From NCBI GenBank assembly GCA_963920595.1, contig OY986948.1, positions 3,410,001 through 3,474,000 on the forward strand: a stretch of 64,000 bases of DNA. Reading direction: 5' to 3'. The stretch comes from Eimeria praecox. Its lineage: Eukaryota. Under the pieces are notes generated by a model. That model worked only from the letters and a program-made list of their open reading frames with translations, searched no databases and had not been told where the DNA came from. A program made the translations under genes and the position numbers. Shown here in pieces: positions 1 to 13,201 of the stretch. Every line of letters starts with the position of its first letter. Positions within the stretch are counted from its first letter, which is position 1.

Positions 1-81
1 GCTGTATAATCCAGTTTTGACTACAGTAAGGCGTCAATTGAGGTGTAGAGATGGGGAATTTGTGCCAGGGCGTGCCTGCAG

Positions 82-975
82 CCATCCCAATGACTTCACG
101 CCCGTCTGCACAACGGAGCTTGCAGAGGCCGTCAAGCTCTACAAAAAGTTCATGGAGAAGAACTGCAAGCTTGTCGGTTTCTCGTGTAATGATATGAACA
201 GCCATAAGGTGAGTGGGAGGGGAGGCCTTCAAGCAAATATACCCGGGGTTGCATCCACTTCCAGTAGTGCACACCGTCCTCAACCCAAGTAGTAGGATGC
301 AGTGTAACAGGCGGAAGCGCAGTTTGCCCCTTTCTGGGCTTGTATCGTCATAGTTGAGTGTCACAGAGACATTCTCGGTGTCCTTGACTAGTGCGCAGGA
401 GGCCTGAAATGCACATATTGCGTCTTCAACGCGCATATATGCTCAGGAATGGGCTAAGGACATCATGTCGTACGGGGGAGCTTGTGGAGATTTGCCATAT
501 CCGCTCGTTTGTGATCCCGAGCGCAATCTGGCAGCGTCTTTGGGCATTATGGACCCCGCAGAAAAAGACAAGGCAGGGTTGCCTTTGACTTGCCGCTCCG
601 TGTTCTTCATCAGCCCGCAGAAGAAGCTTGCAGCATCCATCCTCTACCCGGCAACTACTGGCAGGAGCTTCAAAGAGATCCTCAGAGTCCTTGATTCTCT
701 GCAGGTACGCACGATGACGAAGCGCCATTTCTCATGCTCTCAGCTGTGAATACTGCTGGATTGTTTAAACTGCTTGTTGTTTTGTGGTGTGCACGCAGCT
801 CACCGAGCAGCATCCCGTGGCAACGCCAGTGGAGTGGACTTCTGGAGGGACCTGCTGCGTCGTGCCGAGCCTGTCAGAGGAGGAGGCGAAGAGCAAACTC
901 CCGAAGGGCCACCAAGTGCAAAGCCTGCCATCGGGCAAAGCTTACCTGAGGCTTACGCCAGACCCTAGGAGTTAG
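82..975 (+). CDS. 1-Cys peroxiredoxin (Prx6 family), 5'-partial; exons 82-208, 447-704, 799-975
   Basis: [13 protein letters not shown] peroxidatic motif; exons join in frame via GT-AG introns to [70 protein letters not shown]. Start lies upstream of the window. Confidence 0.95.
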
Positions 976-1449
976 GCTGTCAGAGCAAATGCTTTTTGTA
1001 TCTTTTGCATTGAAATGCACGTGCTATCGAACAGAAGTGGGCCTGGCTTCTGGCCTGTTGGAGCGGTCAAGGAACGGCGGGTGCTCAACCCCAACCTAAA
1101 AAGCTTCCTTCAGCATAGGCGTTTGATTTATAGGTGAAAACGTGACCTTGCAAAGCAGACCTGCACGACACGGGGTAGATGAGGCCAGTTCGACAGGTTT
1201 GAGTAGGGGAATGTAGCTTCACAGGTGTGGGCACATCATTACACTAGCTCTAGAGTCTGGTACAAATTTCTATTTCTCTGCTGGATGAAAATTGCAACTC
1301 CCGCCTATCGCCTTTGTATTTAACCTTATAGAAGGTCAACTATTGCAGTTTTGCTAGGCAGAATGCCTCTCGTACAGCCGGAGGTGAAGGTGCCACTGGA
1401 GTAGTCTTTCTCTGTTGCTTCAGTGCAGTTTGCGTCACATGGCATGCAA

Positions 1450-3050
1450 TGGAATTGTCTACTCTCGTACAGTCACTTGATGCAATTATTTGCTTTGTTC
1501 CTGGTTCCGTCTACGCCGTGACTTAATGGTCGGTTCTAGAGGCGGTATATTACTTCAGATGCTGCTTTACTTGAATGCTGTCTACGCGCATCTCCTCATA
1601 TATATGCTATGGTGGTATAACCATTGGCTATCCGTTCACAGGGCCACTATCTGCACGATGGTGCGAAGCCCTGCGAGTACAGAGATGTACTTCGGTATAT
1701 ATCGGCGGTGTCTTGCTGAATGAAATCTGAAAGTTTCACGTAGGAAAGCTGGTTGATGCTCTGGCATTTTGAAGTGGGGCGAATTGTTGCAAGCAGTTGT
1801 AGGCCTGCCCGGTAAGGTATTGGGAGTTCGACAATGTAGGATAAGCTGATGACAGCTGAGTAGGACGCCAAAGGAAGTTGTGGGTGGGCGAGCTCTTTTT
1901 CTGCATTGAGAACTTGTTGCTGAAAGGCTAATCGTACGTGCGCGCGCATGATAATGCAGCAGAGCCTCATGATATAGATAGGGCATTGCGTACTTACCAA
2001 CTGCAGACTGGTCTTGCAACTGCATCTCTTCACGGCGCAAGCTCTCAAGCAAGCGTATTTAGCGGGCCTTGTGCTAATGTGTTAGTAACCATTCCATTAA
2101 CGACTTAGGCTACTTCAGCTTTAGGCCAGCGGCACACTAACCATTTTTCATTCAAGTCTTTCCTTTGGCAGTGTGAAGGCGGTTCAACGCAGAAATCTGC
2201 TCAAGCCAAGGTTTCCTTACGCCCTGCGGTTTTGCAACTCACGTTTGCGTATCAATGGCATATCCCCACGGTTGTGCACGCGCGACAAGTGCTTGTGGTA
2301 AGTAAAGAGGCTGTTTTACATCTTCTTGGTAGGCGTGCATCTTCGCATTGGAGCATCAATCAGGCCTGAATGCAGGCCTGATTGATGAGCTTGCAGCCGG
2401 ATAGCATTGCAAGGTCAACGTGAGATGCAAACTTTTCCTCAAATACTCATGGTGGAGCGTAAGTGAAACTGAGTTGTCGCACTTTTAGTAGTCGTACCCG
2501 ATGTACCCGGCGTGCGGTGCTTTCAACTGTTTTCTACACGATAACAAAGAATTTTCGGCTTCCTTCATCCATGCTCGTTCCTCTTTAGCATACCGCTTCA
2601 GCATCCTCCCATACAATGCACAGCGTTAATTGTGCGTAGACGCACTAGTGGCTTCCAGAAGCGGTAGAAACCGGAAGCGTTCAGATTCTTCTACGAGAAC
2701 AACCCGCATTCATCAGCGCCTGTGTGTGGGGAGCCAAGCCAGCAATTAGTGCGAATATAACTAGAGCCTTTGCTTGGTCTGGTGCGAAAGCCTCCGAAAA
2801 GCTGAATTGCGCACAAGAATAAGAGAGGCATATGTGATGCAAAATATACAGAGCAAACGCCATGAGAAGTCACATCTTCCAGAGCACCTGCACCTTCGGG
2901 GCGAACGCCGTAGTAGATTTGGGCGGGGAAACGACAAAGGTGAAGAGAAGGGGGTTGCGACAAAGTAAGAGCTTGTGGAGAAGTAAGGACTTGCAAGGAT
3001 TGCGGGCATGCCCTGATCAAAGGAAACTGCGGGCGTATTGCCCATCTTAG
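1450..3050 (-). mobile_element. Highly degenerate Ty3/gypsy pol relic (copy B)
   Basis: Frameshifted minus-strand fragments read by eye in PR-RT-RH-IN order: FDQGMP (~3010, like ILGMPWL), HEYLRKSL (~2440), LPIP (~1820), LAGLRTIV/ADSGP (~1650, like HGLPRTIVSDRGP), HGVDGT (~1510, like HPQTDG). No intact ORF. Confidence 0.4.
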
Positions 3051-3439
3051 GGCATGCGGTTATAAATGCTTACACAAGCTGTTCGTTGGCCAAAGAAGCC
3101 CATAGTTTTCTGCCATGATGCTTTGTGAGGTCATTCGATCGTAACCTGCGGTGGCTATAACCTATTCAAGTTTTCTAGGCAGCGCGCGTAACACTTAACA
3201 CCGAAAAGCAGCAGCTCTGCAGCTTGCGAGTATTTAACCCCTTTCTTTTGTTGCATGTTGGCACGTCTAACTTGATGCATGAGGTGGTTCTTTTGGGCTT
3301 ATGATCCTCACTCTTGTCGTCACTCGACCAGTCTGATCATAATTGGCGTGTCACACTCAGGTGTCGTATCCCTCGAGCCAATCTTTTTGCATCGTGAATG
3401 CCATCTCAGTAGATGCTGGCTGCTCAGCTCGCGCCCCTA

Positions 3440-6400
3440 CCCTAGGACGCCGTAAATGCATGCGCAAGTACGAAGCAGCAAGCAGTTATGGGGAAATCTT
3501 TGGGCTTGATATTAAACTGAGCGTACTTGATGCACTCCCATACTATTGTTAAGGGACATAGCATGGCCAAATACCTCTGCCCAGAATTCTTTGACTGTGT
3601 GAGGCATGCTGCCGAGCTGTTAACTTGGCTCCAGACATGGGGGGGAGCAAGATGAGAGTGCAACCTGTTAAATTTCGGCAAATGGCAAGAAATATCCGGA
3701 TTTACAGGAGCATACGTCCTGGCGACCACTTTGGAGAGCTCAGGCTCCTCAAGGCTGACATTATGCGTGGGGAAAGATAAAGGTATGCACTAAACTACCG
3801 CCAGTTGAGGTTTAGTCTGCCGAACTTGGAATTGGGTGCGGGCGCTGATATTCTCTGAAAACGGCTATATGCGGAGCGTAGATCCAAAACTATAGCCGTT
3901 CGCGGCTGTAAGTCTGGGCTTCATAGAAAGCGATTGAGAGTATTTCGGCGGTCAGCAGATAATGATGAACACCACTATACGAGGCACGCCCTTCAGTTTC
4001 TGCCGGGGTGGCTTCATCTTCTCCATTGGCCCAGCTGGCTGATAGCGCTTTGCGCCTTATTAGCATTCTCTGCCTTGTCTTACCTTAGCGTTCGCAGTCT
4101 TTTGTATATCGCTACATGCATGAGGATCCTTGCCGGGTTGAGTGCCTTGCAGACGAAGGGGAAATCAGCATTAAGTATGCCATCAATGTGTGCGAATTCA
4201 GGCAAAGTGGACTCAAGGTCCAAACGTTCCTTGATCAGGGAGGAAATTTACACGCTGCCTCCGCATCTCTTTACAAGCAACAGCTGCACAGTTCACGTTC
4301 TTTATGGTTTGAAAATTACGCAGAAGCTTAATATAACGAGCATCACATAGTCCCTCATCAAACACAGCAGCAAACCGGCGTTGTTCTATATGCTGGATGG
4401 CTGCTCAGCTTGACACAGAAACTGTAGCATGGCCTGTTCGCAGATATTACATGTGTTTCTACCGGCAAGCAAGCAGGATACTAAGGACCCAATTGGTGTT
4501 TAATGATTGCGTACATGCTAGTGCGTGCAGTAAAAGGGACTTTTATGGCCTTGCATGCCGAGCTGCGTTGCACCAGGAGGTGCAGTAAGGCCTGCTCCAA
4601 CTCATGGAACACCTCCTCCCCCTCTTCAACCACCCGCAAGCCCTTCTGCCGCTGTACCCAGTACTCCTGGGGACTGTAGGGGAGGCCAGCTGCATTTGGG
4701 AGCGCTTGCCTAAAGTCTGCCGCCATACTGCAGCTCACGAAGGTCCTCGTCTAAGAACGAAAGCCCATTGTACAACCGGAAAGTTAACAGAGGCAGGCTC
4801 GAGCTGCTGCACCTGCCCCAGTGGCAGAGCGTTCATGGCGTATAGCAGTGCTAGCCGTCAAGGAGCTTTTCCGAACCTGCATATCTTCAGATAGATAGTG
4901 TACCACCTTCAAACAGAGCGAGGTACATTTGCAGCCCCCTCACTACCGAACAGCAAAAGGCCTCGTTCCCCAGGCTACAAAGCTGGGGATAGGGTGCACC
5001 ATGTTCTGCGAGGTGCTGGCCGTCGCTTCCCTACTTGCTCCCAGGCTGACTGCGGAAGATCAAATAAGTGGTCAAAGGCAGTATATACTACAGTATACAA
5101 TGCTAGCGCATGCAGAAAAGGGGCGTCCACTGCGCGTGCTCGTGGGGCTGCCTAGTAGCACTAGCTGCAGCATAGTGAGTTGCAACCAATGATACGACTG
5201 CCCGTGTCCCAATTAGCCCATGCTCTCGAGCATCTGCGGCAGGATGGCTGGAGGCTGGAGTAGAAAGCAGCTGCCTTTTGCGAACTCTTTCTTAAAGTCT
5301 TTGCCTCTTGTGCAGCTGGACGCCCTTTGGCTAAGATCGAGGATTCTCTTTACATATAGGTTGAAGTGGCTACCGGCCATACGCCAAGCCTTCTCCTTTG
5401 TTCCTGGTTTGGTAGCCGCGTTTACTGCCGGCATCACAATCAAGGCAAAATACGTTTTATTCCGCTGCCAACCCTCAACAGCAATGCGCACGTGAGACAG
5501 CGTTTCCAGTTGGCAACGAAAAGGGGAAAGCCACGTCGACGGTCTATGGCATGGCTAAATAAGGCTAGCTCAGCGGCTCCGAGCTAGACATAGGTAAAGA
5601 TCCGCGTAGGTCACAGCTGGAAAATAATTAGCGCCTGAGGGCGCTTGCATGCGAAGAGATGATTCTGTCTTTACATGCGACGAAGTTGGTTCTCCTTCGG
5701 GTGCTGCTCCCAAGCTTGCTTCTCCTGTTTCGCAAATCTTTTCGTGCACTTATAATCTCAACTTACGTTGTCTGGCTTCTTGCAGCAGTAGCAGAAACAG
5801 CCATCCAGCGAGTGCCGAGCTGGCCTCGTTTCCGTTGATTATTGGTACTTACCCACTACTTTGCGGGGCACGCACCTTTGTTCACCGCTGGGCCAGTCGA
5901 AGCGAAGCTTTGCTCTTCGTTAAAAAAGTATGAGCAGTCCACCATCCTGGCCAATTCCACCCCCCCCTAATTTCCCTCTCTCCGGCCCAGCAGGTTGTGG
6001 ATTACCTCCTTTTGGGGACACCTCGGCGCCGAACCATTGGCGCAGGTGCTTTGAGTCTACTGTTGGGCATCTGCTCACAAGAAGCTGATCCTTCTCCAAG
6101 TTGAGCTCCACGGTTTGAGTTTTCAGCGTTCTGCCATGGCTTGTTCACTTGTCGACCTGGAGACAAATCTACACCCCAACGCAAGTCGGAAACCTTCCAT
6201 AGTCCGGATGTGCTCTGGAAAAGTCGTGTCCATGCTTAAATATAGCGGCCATTGTCGTGCCTCCCCTTCTAATGAAAGGTGCGCGAACGGCAGCTGTAGT
6301 CCTCCAAGTGCACTTGCAAGACGAAAGAGCATCCGAAACGCTACAGTTAGTGTCCTACAGATAATCAAAAAACCCCTTTCTTACGGCGCTCATCATATCT

Positions 6401-6500
6401 GGCAGTTCGGCGAGCAAGGAGGCATTCTTTATGGATTTTCGCGGTAAATGCATTTTCGGCTGGATAGGCTGCCGATACTGCTCTATTCCAGTGCAATGAG
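3440..6500 (-). mobile_element. Degenerate Ty3/gypsy (possibly chromovirus-like) LTR-retrotransposon relic (copy A)
   Basis: Gag-like AHLSLEGEARQW..TMEGFRLALGCRF..EQAMAE (6123-6368); RT-like DHLFD (~5065); RT/RNaseH connection EEVFHELEQAL..PFTARTSMYAI (4481-4738); integrase-like GVPRIV (~3980) and AFYEAQT..ERL (~3910). Order gag-RT-RH-IN is gypsy-type; many stops and frameshifts; LTRs not found. Confidence 0.6.
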
Positions 6501-7933
6501 AAGATGAATGGCTGGGCGCTTCCCCACTGGAGAGCAAATTCTGATTAATCTCCAGTATGTGATGTGAGGAAAAGGCTTATTTCGTGACAAAAGTATAGGG
6601 AGAATATCATCAAAAGTTCTTATTCCTGAAAAATGCCCCCTTTACTAATCAGTCCTATGCAGCAGGTCGCCCGCCTCTGCTGTTGCGGCTTGCTGCAGGC
6701 ATCTTCCCCTATGGACTTTGTGGTGCTAGCAAGCCTGCTGGTCTTACTAGAGGACCCTGGTGAGCTGCTATAGAGGGCCAACATACGAATTCCCCCCTCA
6801 GCTGATATTACCTTCACGTATATTGACATATTGTGTAGCGAGAGCCCTCCATCTTAGCCATGAACCCTCCCTAGCTGCAACAGAGTCAGACTTTCAATGA
6901 AAGAGTTCGCAAAAAGCAGTTGCTCTCTATTCCAAGCTAAGCCTCCTGGGAACAGTTGCCCAACGGATCTGCGCAGATGATGACACAGGATGGGCTGTCA
7001 TGGGCTGAAACAGACCTAGCTGCAGATAGTGCGGCAATGCAGCCCCGCATGCACGCACAGCTAATGCCCCTTTGCTGCATGCGCCTGCACTGTGACCTGT
7101 AGTGTAGGCTGCCACAAAGAAAACCGTCGCCCATCCAGTTCACTCTCCTGCACAGTATTGTGCCCAGTTGGCGGATTTGACTGTATTGGCTTATCTTTTC
7201 GTAGTAGTCGTAAGAGGATCTACTGGCCTGCTGGCCGATAAGTTCTCTTAGCGGTGCTAGGGTTGCCTATACAGCCGAACTAAGCTTACGGCAGCACAAG
7301 CGATGAGCTCTATGCAGTGCACTGAAAATGCTCGACGGTTAGCCTGCATGTGGAAGCTGGGTTATATTTAGTGCAGGTGAAAAACCGTCCTGAATAGCTC
7401 CATGCTATGCTGTCCCATGAATATTAAGTGAACCAGTTCTGAGAACCAGTTTTAAGGATTACGGTGTTCAGAAGGCCATCACGACCAAGCTCGCCTGCTT
7501 CTTCATCGTTACTGGTGGCACGCCTTCGCTGTTTTGGAGCCTAACTACTCCTTTCCTCTTTGGAGGCTAATCCAACCTGTATTCGGTAAGAGAAGCAAAA
7601 TGCGCTGGAGGCGCTGGAAGATGCTTTGCCCGATTGCTTGGCAGCAACTGAAAATCAACTGCATTCTCGAAACTGGACCAAATGAATTCTCTGCGCCCAC
7701 TGTATGTCGAGGATTGTGCAGCAGCTAGAGCATCAAGCAACTGCTCCGCATAAAAAAGCAACTCCTATACAAACCTATGATTGCGACAAAAGGTATGGAG
7801 AAAAGCATGGATAAACTAGTGAGGGCACAGTGGCGGGGTTACTTGCTGACACGAATGCAGCAATACTGAGAGACTCCTTGCTGATACAAATGACCCCGCA
7901 TCTTCTAAAGAGCACTAGCATGCGTGTGTACGC

Positions 7934-7961
7934 GTGTGTGTGTGTGTGTGTGTGTGTGTGT
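7934..7961. repeat. (GT)n microsatellite
   Basis: Pure GT dinucleotide run of about 14 units. Confidence 0.95.
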
Positions 7962-9076
7962 ACACTGCGAGTTTTGTCCGAGTTCCAGAACTACATTAGG
8001 CAGCAAAAGTATTTTCGGGACCCAAGCAGTAAGCCTTCGCGCCAAATGAACGAGCACTATGAAGGCCAGCATGCACTTAATATTCAAACTCAACAGCAGT
8101 AGAAGGCGCTTCACACAAGAATGCCCTTCCTGTCATGTGCATGGGCCTTCCACTTTAACTCCTGCACACATATTCGCTTGCTGAGGCGCACAGAACTGTA
8201 CGTCAAGTGTAACGACTGTGTTTCAAAAAACAGCACAAGAGAAAGTCAAGGACAGCTTTCGTAAATTAGAAGATCCAGGCGGTAGAGAGTGGTGGTACGT
8301 GGGTGCAATTATATTGAGGCAGCCGGCGTTAGTTTCCAAGGCTTCCGGCTATGCTTGCTTTCCAGCCTTAACAGCTACGCTATCTCATGGAACGTGAACG
8401 AAGATAGCTTAGCTCATACCAGGTGTGAGAAATTCCAAAGGTGAACATCGTGTATAACCCTGAAGAAGGATGCCACGGACCGCGGATGGTCACTGATGAA
8501 CAGAACGCAGTGCCGCGTGCACGTCCGCAGTAAGTACTCAACATATACTGGCGTATGAAATTCGCATTTTTGTGCTTTTGCTAATAGGAAACATATTCCT
8601 AGAGATATCATACAGTGTAAGTGCTCAGTGCATCCTAGTGGGGCGACGTTTGCTGGGTGCAGGCAGGGAAAAATCGAGGCAAGGACAGGGCACGCTCTGC
8701 ATCCAACCGCCGCTGGCGATTCGATGACTCTTCTAATACAACTTGTTTATAGAGAATTGAAATACCTTGTAACCCTACCATTCGGATTGAGGCTGAGGTA
8801 CTGAGAGAGCAGTAGAAAGGCTGCGACACCTCGAGGCCAAAGCAGCTCTGCGTGGACCGCTGTTTATTCAAGTGCTTCTACTGTCGACCCTCGATTTTTC
8901 GTTTATTCTCTAGCTTGTATTTCTTGCGGGGGAGCTGGTGATGCACTTATTTGTAGTGAGTGCTTGCCTTGCGGCGTGTAGCAATCGCCAACGGGTGGAG
9001 ATCGTCCCCAGTAAATTTCTGATGACTAGGCCTCGCGAGTCATCAAAGTGTCTTCTATGAACTTGCTTGAGCAGAA

Positions 9077-11791
9077 ATGAGTCGCCAAGCAGCTGTCTCT
9101 TACGGATTTCTGTTGCTGAGCATCAGCAGCCTGGCAGATGCATCTTCTTCAGCTACACGAAAGCTCCAGCGGCAGCATGCTCTATTTGGTAAGCCTAACC
9201 AATTGCTGCATGTACCTCGCGCCTGCCTGATGCATAAGTAGGGCAGCATGCAGCAGGTAAGGGCTGGCGTAAAGAGGCCAGCTCCTTCGTACTACATATT
9301 GCCAATTGATGCGCCTTGCAGTAGACAAGGTTTGGCTTGCCGAAAGTTAACCGGGCACGGGAGGTATGCCCTAGTGCTTCCAGAGGATATGGCTGCAGAG
9401 AATTGCACGGGCATCCGATGCCTTTTCGCTTTTCCTGTCCTGCAGGTAAATGCACAGCAGAAGACCTCCTTAGTGGTACGGACACGAGCTCCTTCAGCTT
9501 CCTTCAAGAAGAAACAGCCTCGCCGGCGTCTGAGGAGGAATGCATGGAACTGCTGCTACAACAAGACAGCCTCTTTGCATCTGCGTTGGCCGATTCCACG
9601 GCTGAGGACGAGGAAGGGAGTAGGCCCAACGTGAAGGGCCTGCTTGGTTGCCTTTGTTGGCTGCAGTTGATGTATCGTATCACCTGCACCTTCAGTGCAG
9701 AGGTGCGTGCGTTTGTTTCGCAGGCGAGCGCATCACAGACTCATACACCTCAGAGGAGGCTGTTGCCTTAGCGAAGGAACTCCTTCAAAAGGGACGTTCC
9801 GACGACGCTGTCGATGAACTGAAGAGCCTCAAGAGAAGTATAGCCCTGTTTGGAAATGCAGCAAAAGACTCGACTATCGTTGTTCTGGGGCTAGGAGTTC
9901 ACGTACACTCGCTTGCGAAGGTGAGAGTGTAAACCAAAGTATGCTGCAGACCAAGTGGCAACCAGTTTTCGTTCCCTCCTAACTGGGTTCTTCCGGTACC
10001 GATTGCTTTTGTGAGTATACTGTTCTTAGAGCTCTCATGGGGATGCTGACTGTGCTGCGAATTTTTTTGTGTTGCAGATGGCTAAGAATGTTATTGCAGT
10101 GGAGGCTGACTACAAGCTTTGCCGGGAATTTCTCAGTTCTAAAGGAGGAGGATGCGCCATGCAACCAAATGTGCACATTTATTGTCCGAAGCTGGCCTCC
10201 TCCAACTTAAAGGAAGAGTCGGAGGCAAGCGAAACGCAGAAGCACTTCGAAATCGCTGAAGATCTTATTGATGATGTAAGGATGGGTGGAAACCGTATGC
10301 TGATGATGTAAGGAGGGGTTGAAGAAATCAGCATCACTGAGCGGAAGGCTTCTGTGGGTCTGGTGTTGTAACCATGTGCTTTAATATGCATAGCCACAGT
10401 AGTTGGGCTTAGTACGATGCAGGACTTTGTTACTTTGCTACTTGCTGCTCGCAGCTGATGAAGCAGCAATTTGGGGATGTGCCGGCAAGCGCTTTGGCTG
10501 TCCTGGGAAGCTTTGCTGTGGCCAAGTTGGCGCTGATGGAAAGGTTCCTGGACCAATCAAGTGTCATCTTAGCGCGCAGCCGAATGTCGTGTGAGGGCCT
10601 AAAAGCCATATCTGGATCGTTCAGGGTCTTAGCATCCTTTGAACCGGATCATCATTCTTCTTCGCATTCTGTGAGCTAGAAGCCGCAGTGGCTCAGGCCT
10701 CCCCTTCCAGCGCAGGTGGCTCAGGATTGCTTAATTGGAGCGCTGTATGGACGACTTGAGGAGGTAGCTTTCTGTGGCAGGCGGAATTATGCGCTGGTAG
10801 TGGGTGCTGCGTTTTCAGACGGAAACACTCATGCTGCTCCAACGGTTGTTTACCCCACCAGTGCAGGGAGATAAATGGAAAGAGTACGCAACACAGGAGT
10901 GGGAGCTGCCGGACAACATGGCGCCGCTAACGCTTTGGTGTACAGTGCGCGAGGCGATTAAGCCGATTGCCGCCGATGAAAGTGTTAGTCTCTGGAAACG
11001 GAAAGCACTAGACACTTACTTGGACGTGTATGCACATGCAGCCATAACAGGTTCTGACGAGGACTGGAAGGACGTCACATCGGCTTTAGAGGCAACCCTT
11101 GATGTTGTTGGCAAGGCGGAGAAGGCTGAGAGCGTGCTGGTGAGACATACAGCAACTGCACATGCACACGTATAGTGACCGGTTCGCGGAACGAGGTCTA
11201 GATGCGTAAAAGCAAATTTGATGCGACTGTATAGTATGGTGGTTGAGCGCATAGACCGCGTACCTTATCTGTGTGCTTCTTTTCAGAAACAGGAGAGTGA
11301 ATTCGCTTTTCATTTGGCTTGGAAAGTAGCCAGCATGTCGGGACTACAGGAGTACTTTGAACTTTTGCTGGATACCCTCTCAAACGTTCGCAGCGAGGAC
11401 AAACCCTTCATCCACGCAGTTATTTGCGATTTGATTGCTAAGACAGGACGTCTCGTTGCATCGCGTAAGCTTTCCGCCTTTGAAGGGGAGAGATAGGCTA
11501 TTATTGTCAGGCTACACCTGTTGACCCTTTGCATATGACGGGTGCAAAATATAGTGACCTGTGCTTGTTTGTGTTCCAGAGAATATTTTGGACAAAGTGA
11601 AGGATGCAATTGAAGAGGCCTGCGAGCTAGCTGAGAAGGACCCCAAACTTTTCCTGCCTGCCCTGCGCCTAATCTATGGAGGAATGACCCGCGAGGAGGG
11701 TATGGCAGAGTGCCTGCGTATTCTCGTGAAGCTAAAGGAAGGCGTTTCAGCGGTTGATGCCTCCGCAATCTTGGAAGAGGCGGGAAAGTGA
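9077..11791 (+). CDS. Multi-exon hypothetical protein with predicted N-terminal signal peptide; mostly alpha-helical
   Basis: gaaATG at 9077 gives MSRQAAVSYGFLLLSISSLADA; donor 9189 and acceptor 9445 are phase-compatible; further exons at about 9724-9921, 10078-10276, 10455-10590, 10819-11139, 11220-11464 and 11580-11791 with GT-AG junctions and protein-like composition. Confidence 0.7.
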
Positions 11792-13201
11792 AAGTGAAAC
11801 ATATGAGCAGGCCATCGGCCTCCTTTGCCCCCAAGGAGTATAAGGAGGTAATGGGACTTTGAACTTGCTTTTGCAGTATACTGTGATCTGCCAGTTGTTG
11901 GCACTTTATGGGTGTGGTTCATTCAGGGAGATTCCGTGCGTTGCAGTCAATGTTTCACCGAAGGCCTGGCATAACGTTCGATTCAGTTGCTCGCTGCTTC
12001 TAGAAGTGACATGATGTGCGGCCTGTATGAGTTTACTCTGATTAGATGGAGCGAGCTTGCAACCGTAAGCGGTTGTATCTTGCAGCAGCGCATTCCGCTT
12101 GTTTTTTTACTTGCGTTGCATTAGCATTGATGGACATTCATTCCTTTATCGGCAAAGTTGGAAGGACGAAATCGCCTCAGGTGGCTTGCTTTTAAAGACA
12201 ATTTTGAACACTGGGGATTATTTTTAGAGATCTTGAACTGCTGCAGTGTTTATTTTACGAAGGATAGTCATGTTAGTGGGCGCGTAAAGGATTCCGAAGA
12301 TGAATGAAGGCTATCCTCTGTGCTTTGTTTCCTTTCAGCGTTCAGAAGTATTTGCAGTGCTTTCATCCGCATCTTTCATTAGTCACAGGCTTTCACCCTT
12401 AATGGGTGCATACCTTACAAGCTACGCTCTTATGGGACCTGCACGCAGGATGCTCCCACTTCTGCAAAGAGTAATACCTGTGGCTGGGTGCATGCAGCTT
12501 GAATTATGACCAACTTGTTTAGGCGAAAGGGAGCTTTGAGGCCAAGGCTAAATGAATTAGAGCACCAGCTCAGTGGATCCCTGCCTTCCTAACTCATGTC
12601 GCCAATTCTGAATCACCAGGGCATAAAGATATGGCACTGGAGGCTGATTCATTGCATGGGGGTTGGTCCATAAAAGGCAAGAAAAGGCGGCCCTACAGCT
12701 GCATATGCCTCCAGTCAGGCTTTGCCCCTTTTCAGGAGGAGCTGGAGGGAGCATAATCAACACAGCCGCAAACCATGTGCAACTGCAGCCTCATACGTCC
12801 AAATGCAGTGCAGAACTCTAGACTGCTCTGTATAATCTATCAATCTACCATAATTGATTTCGGCTGTTTGATGGTCTAGTTAAGGCCTAACTCGCGCCAT
12901 GCGGCTAAGTAAAATATGTACGGCAAATAAACGAAAATGCAAAACCCTCACCCAGACACACATGAAGCGTGGTGTCTGAAGGGACACCAGGCACTGAGCC
13001 TTCGTGGTGCGCAGTCAGAAATTAACTGGGCTTTCCGTAGGCTTCTAAGACGGAGCTGCAGCAGCTCACAAGGTGCACACAGTGAGGTGCTTTTGGATAT
13101 ACCTCTAATGGACACAGCATCAATAAACGAAGTGAAGGCCAGATTCACAGTTGACCTGAACGGGCAGTAGAGGGACCACAGATAAGTTACGAATAGGAAG
13201 C

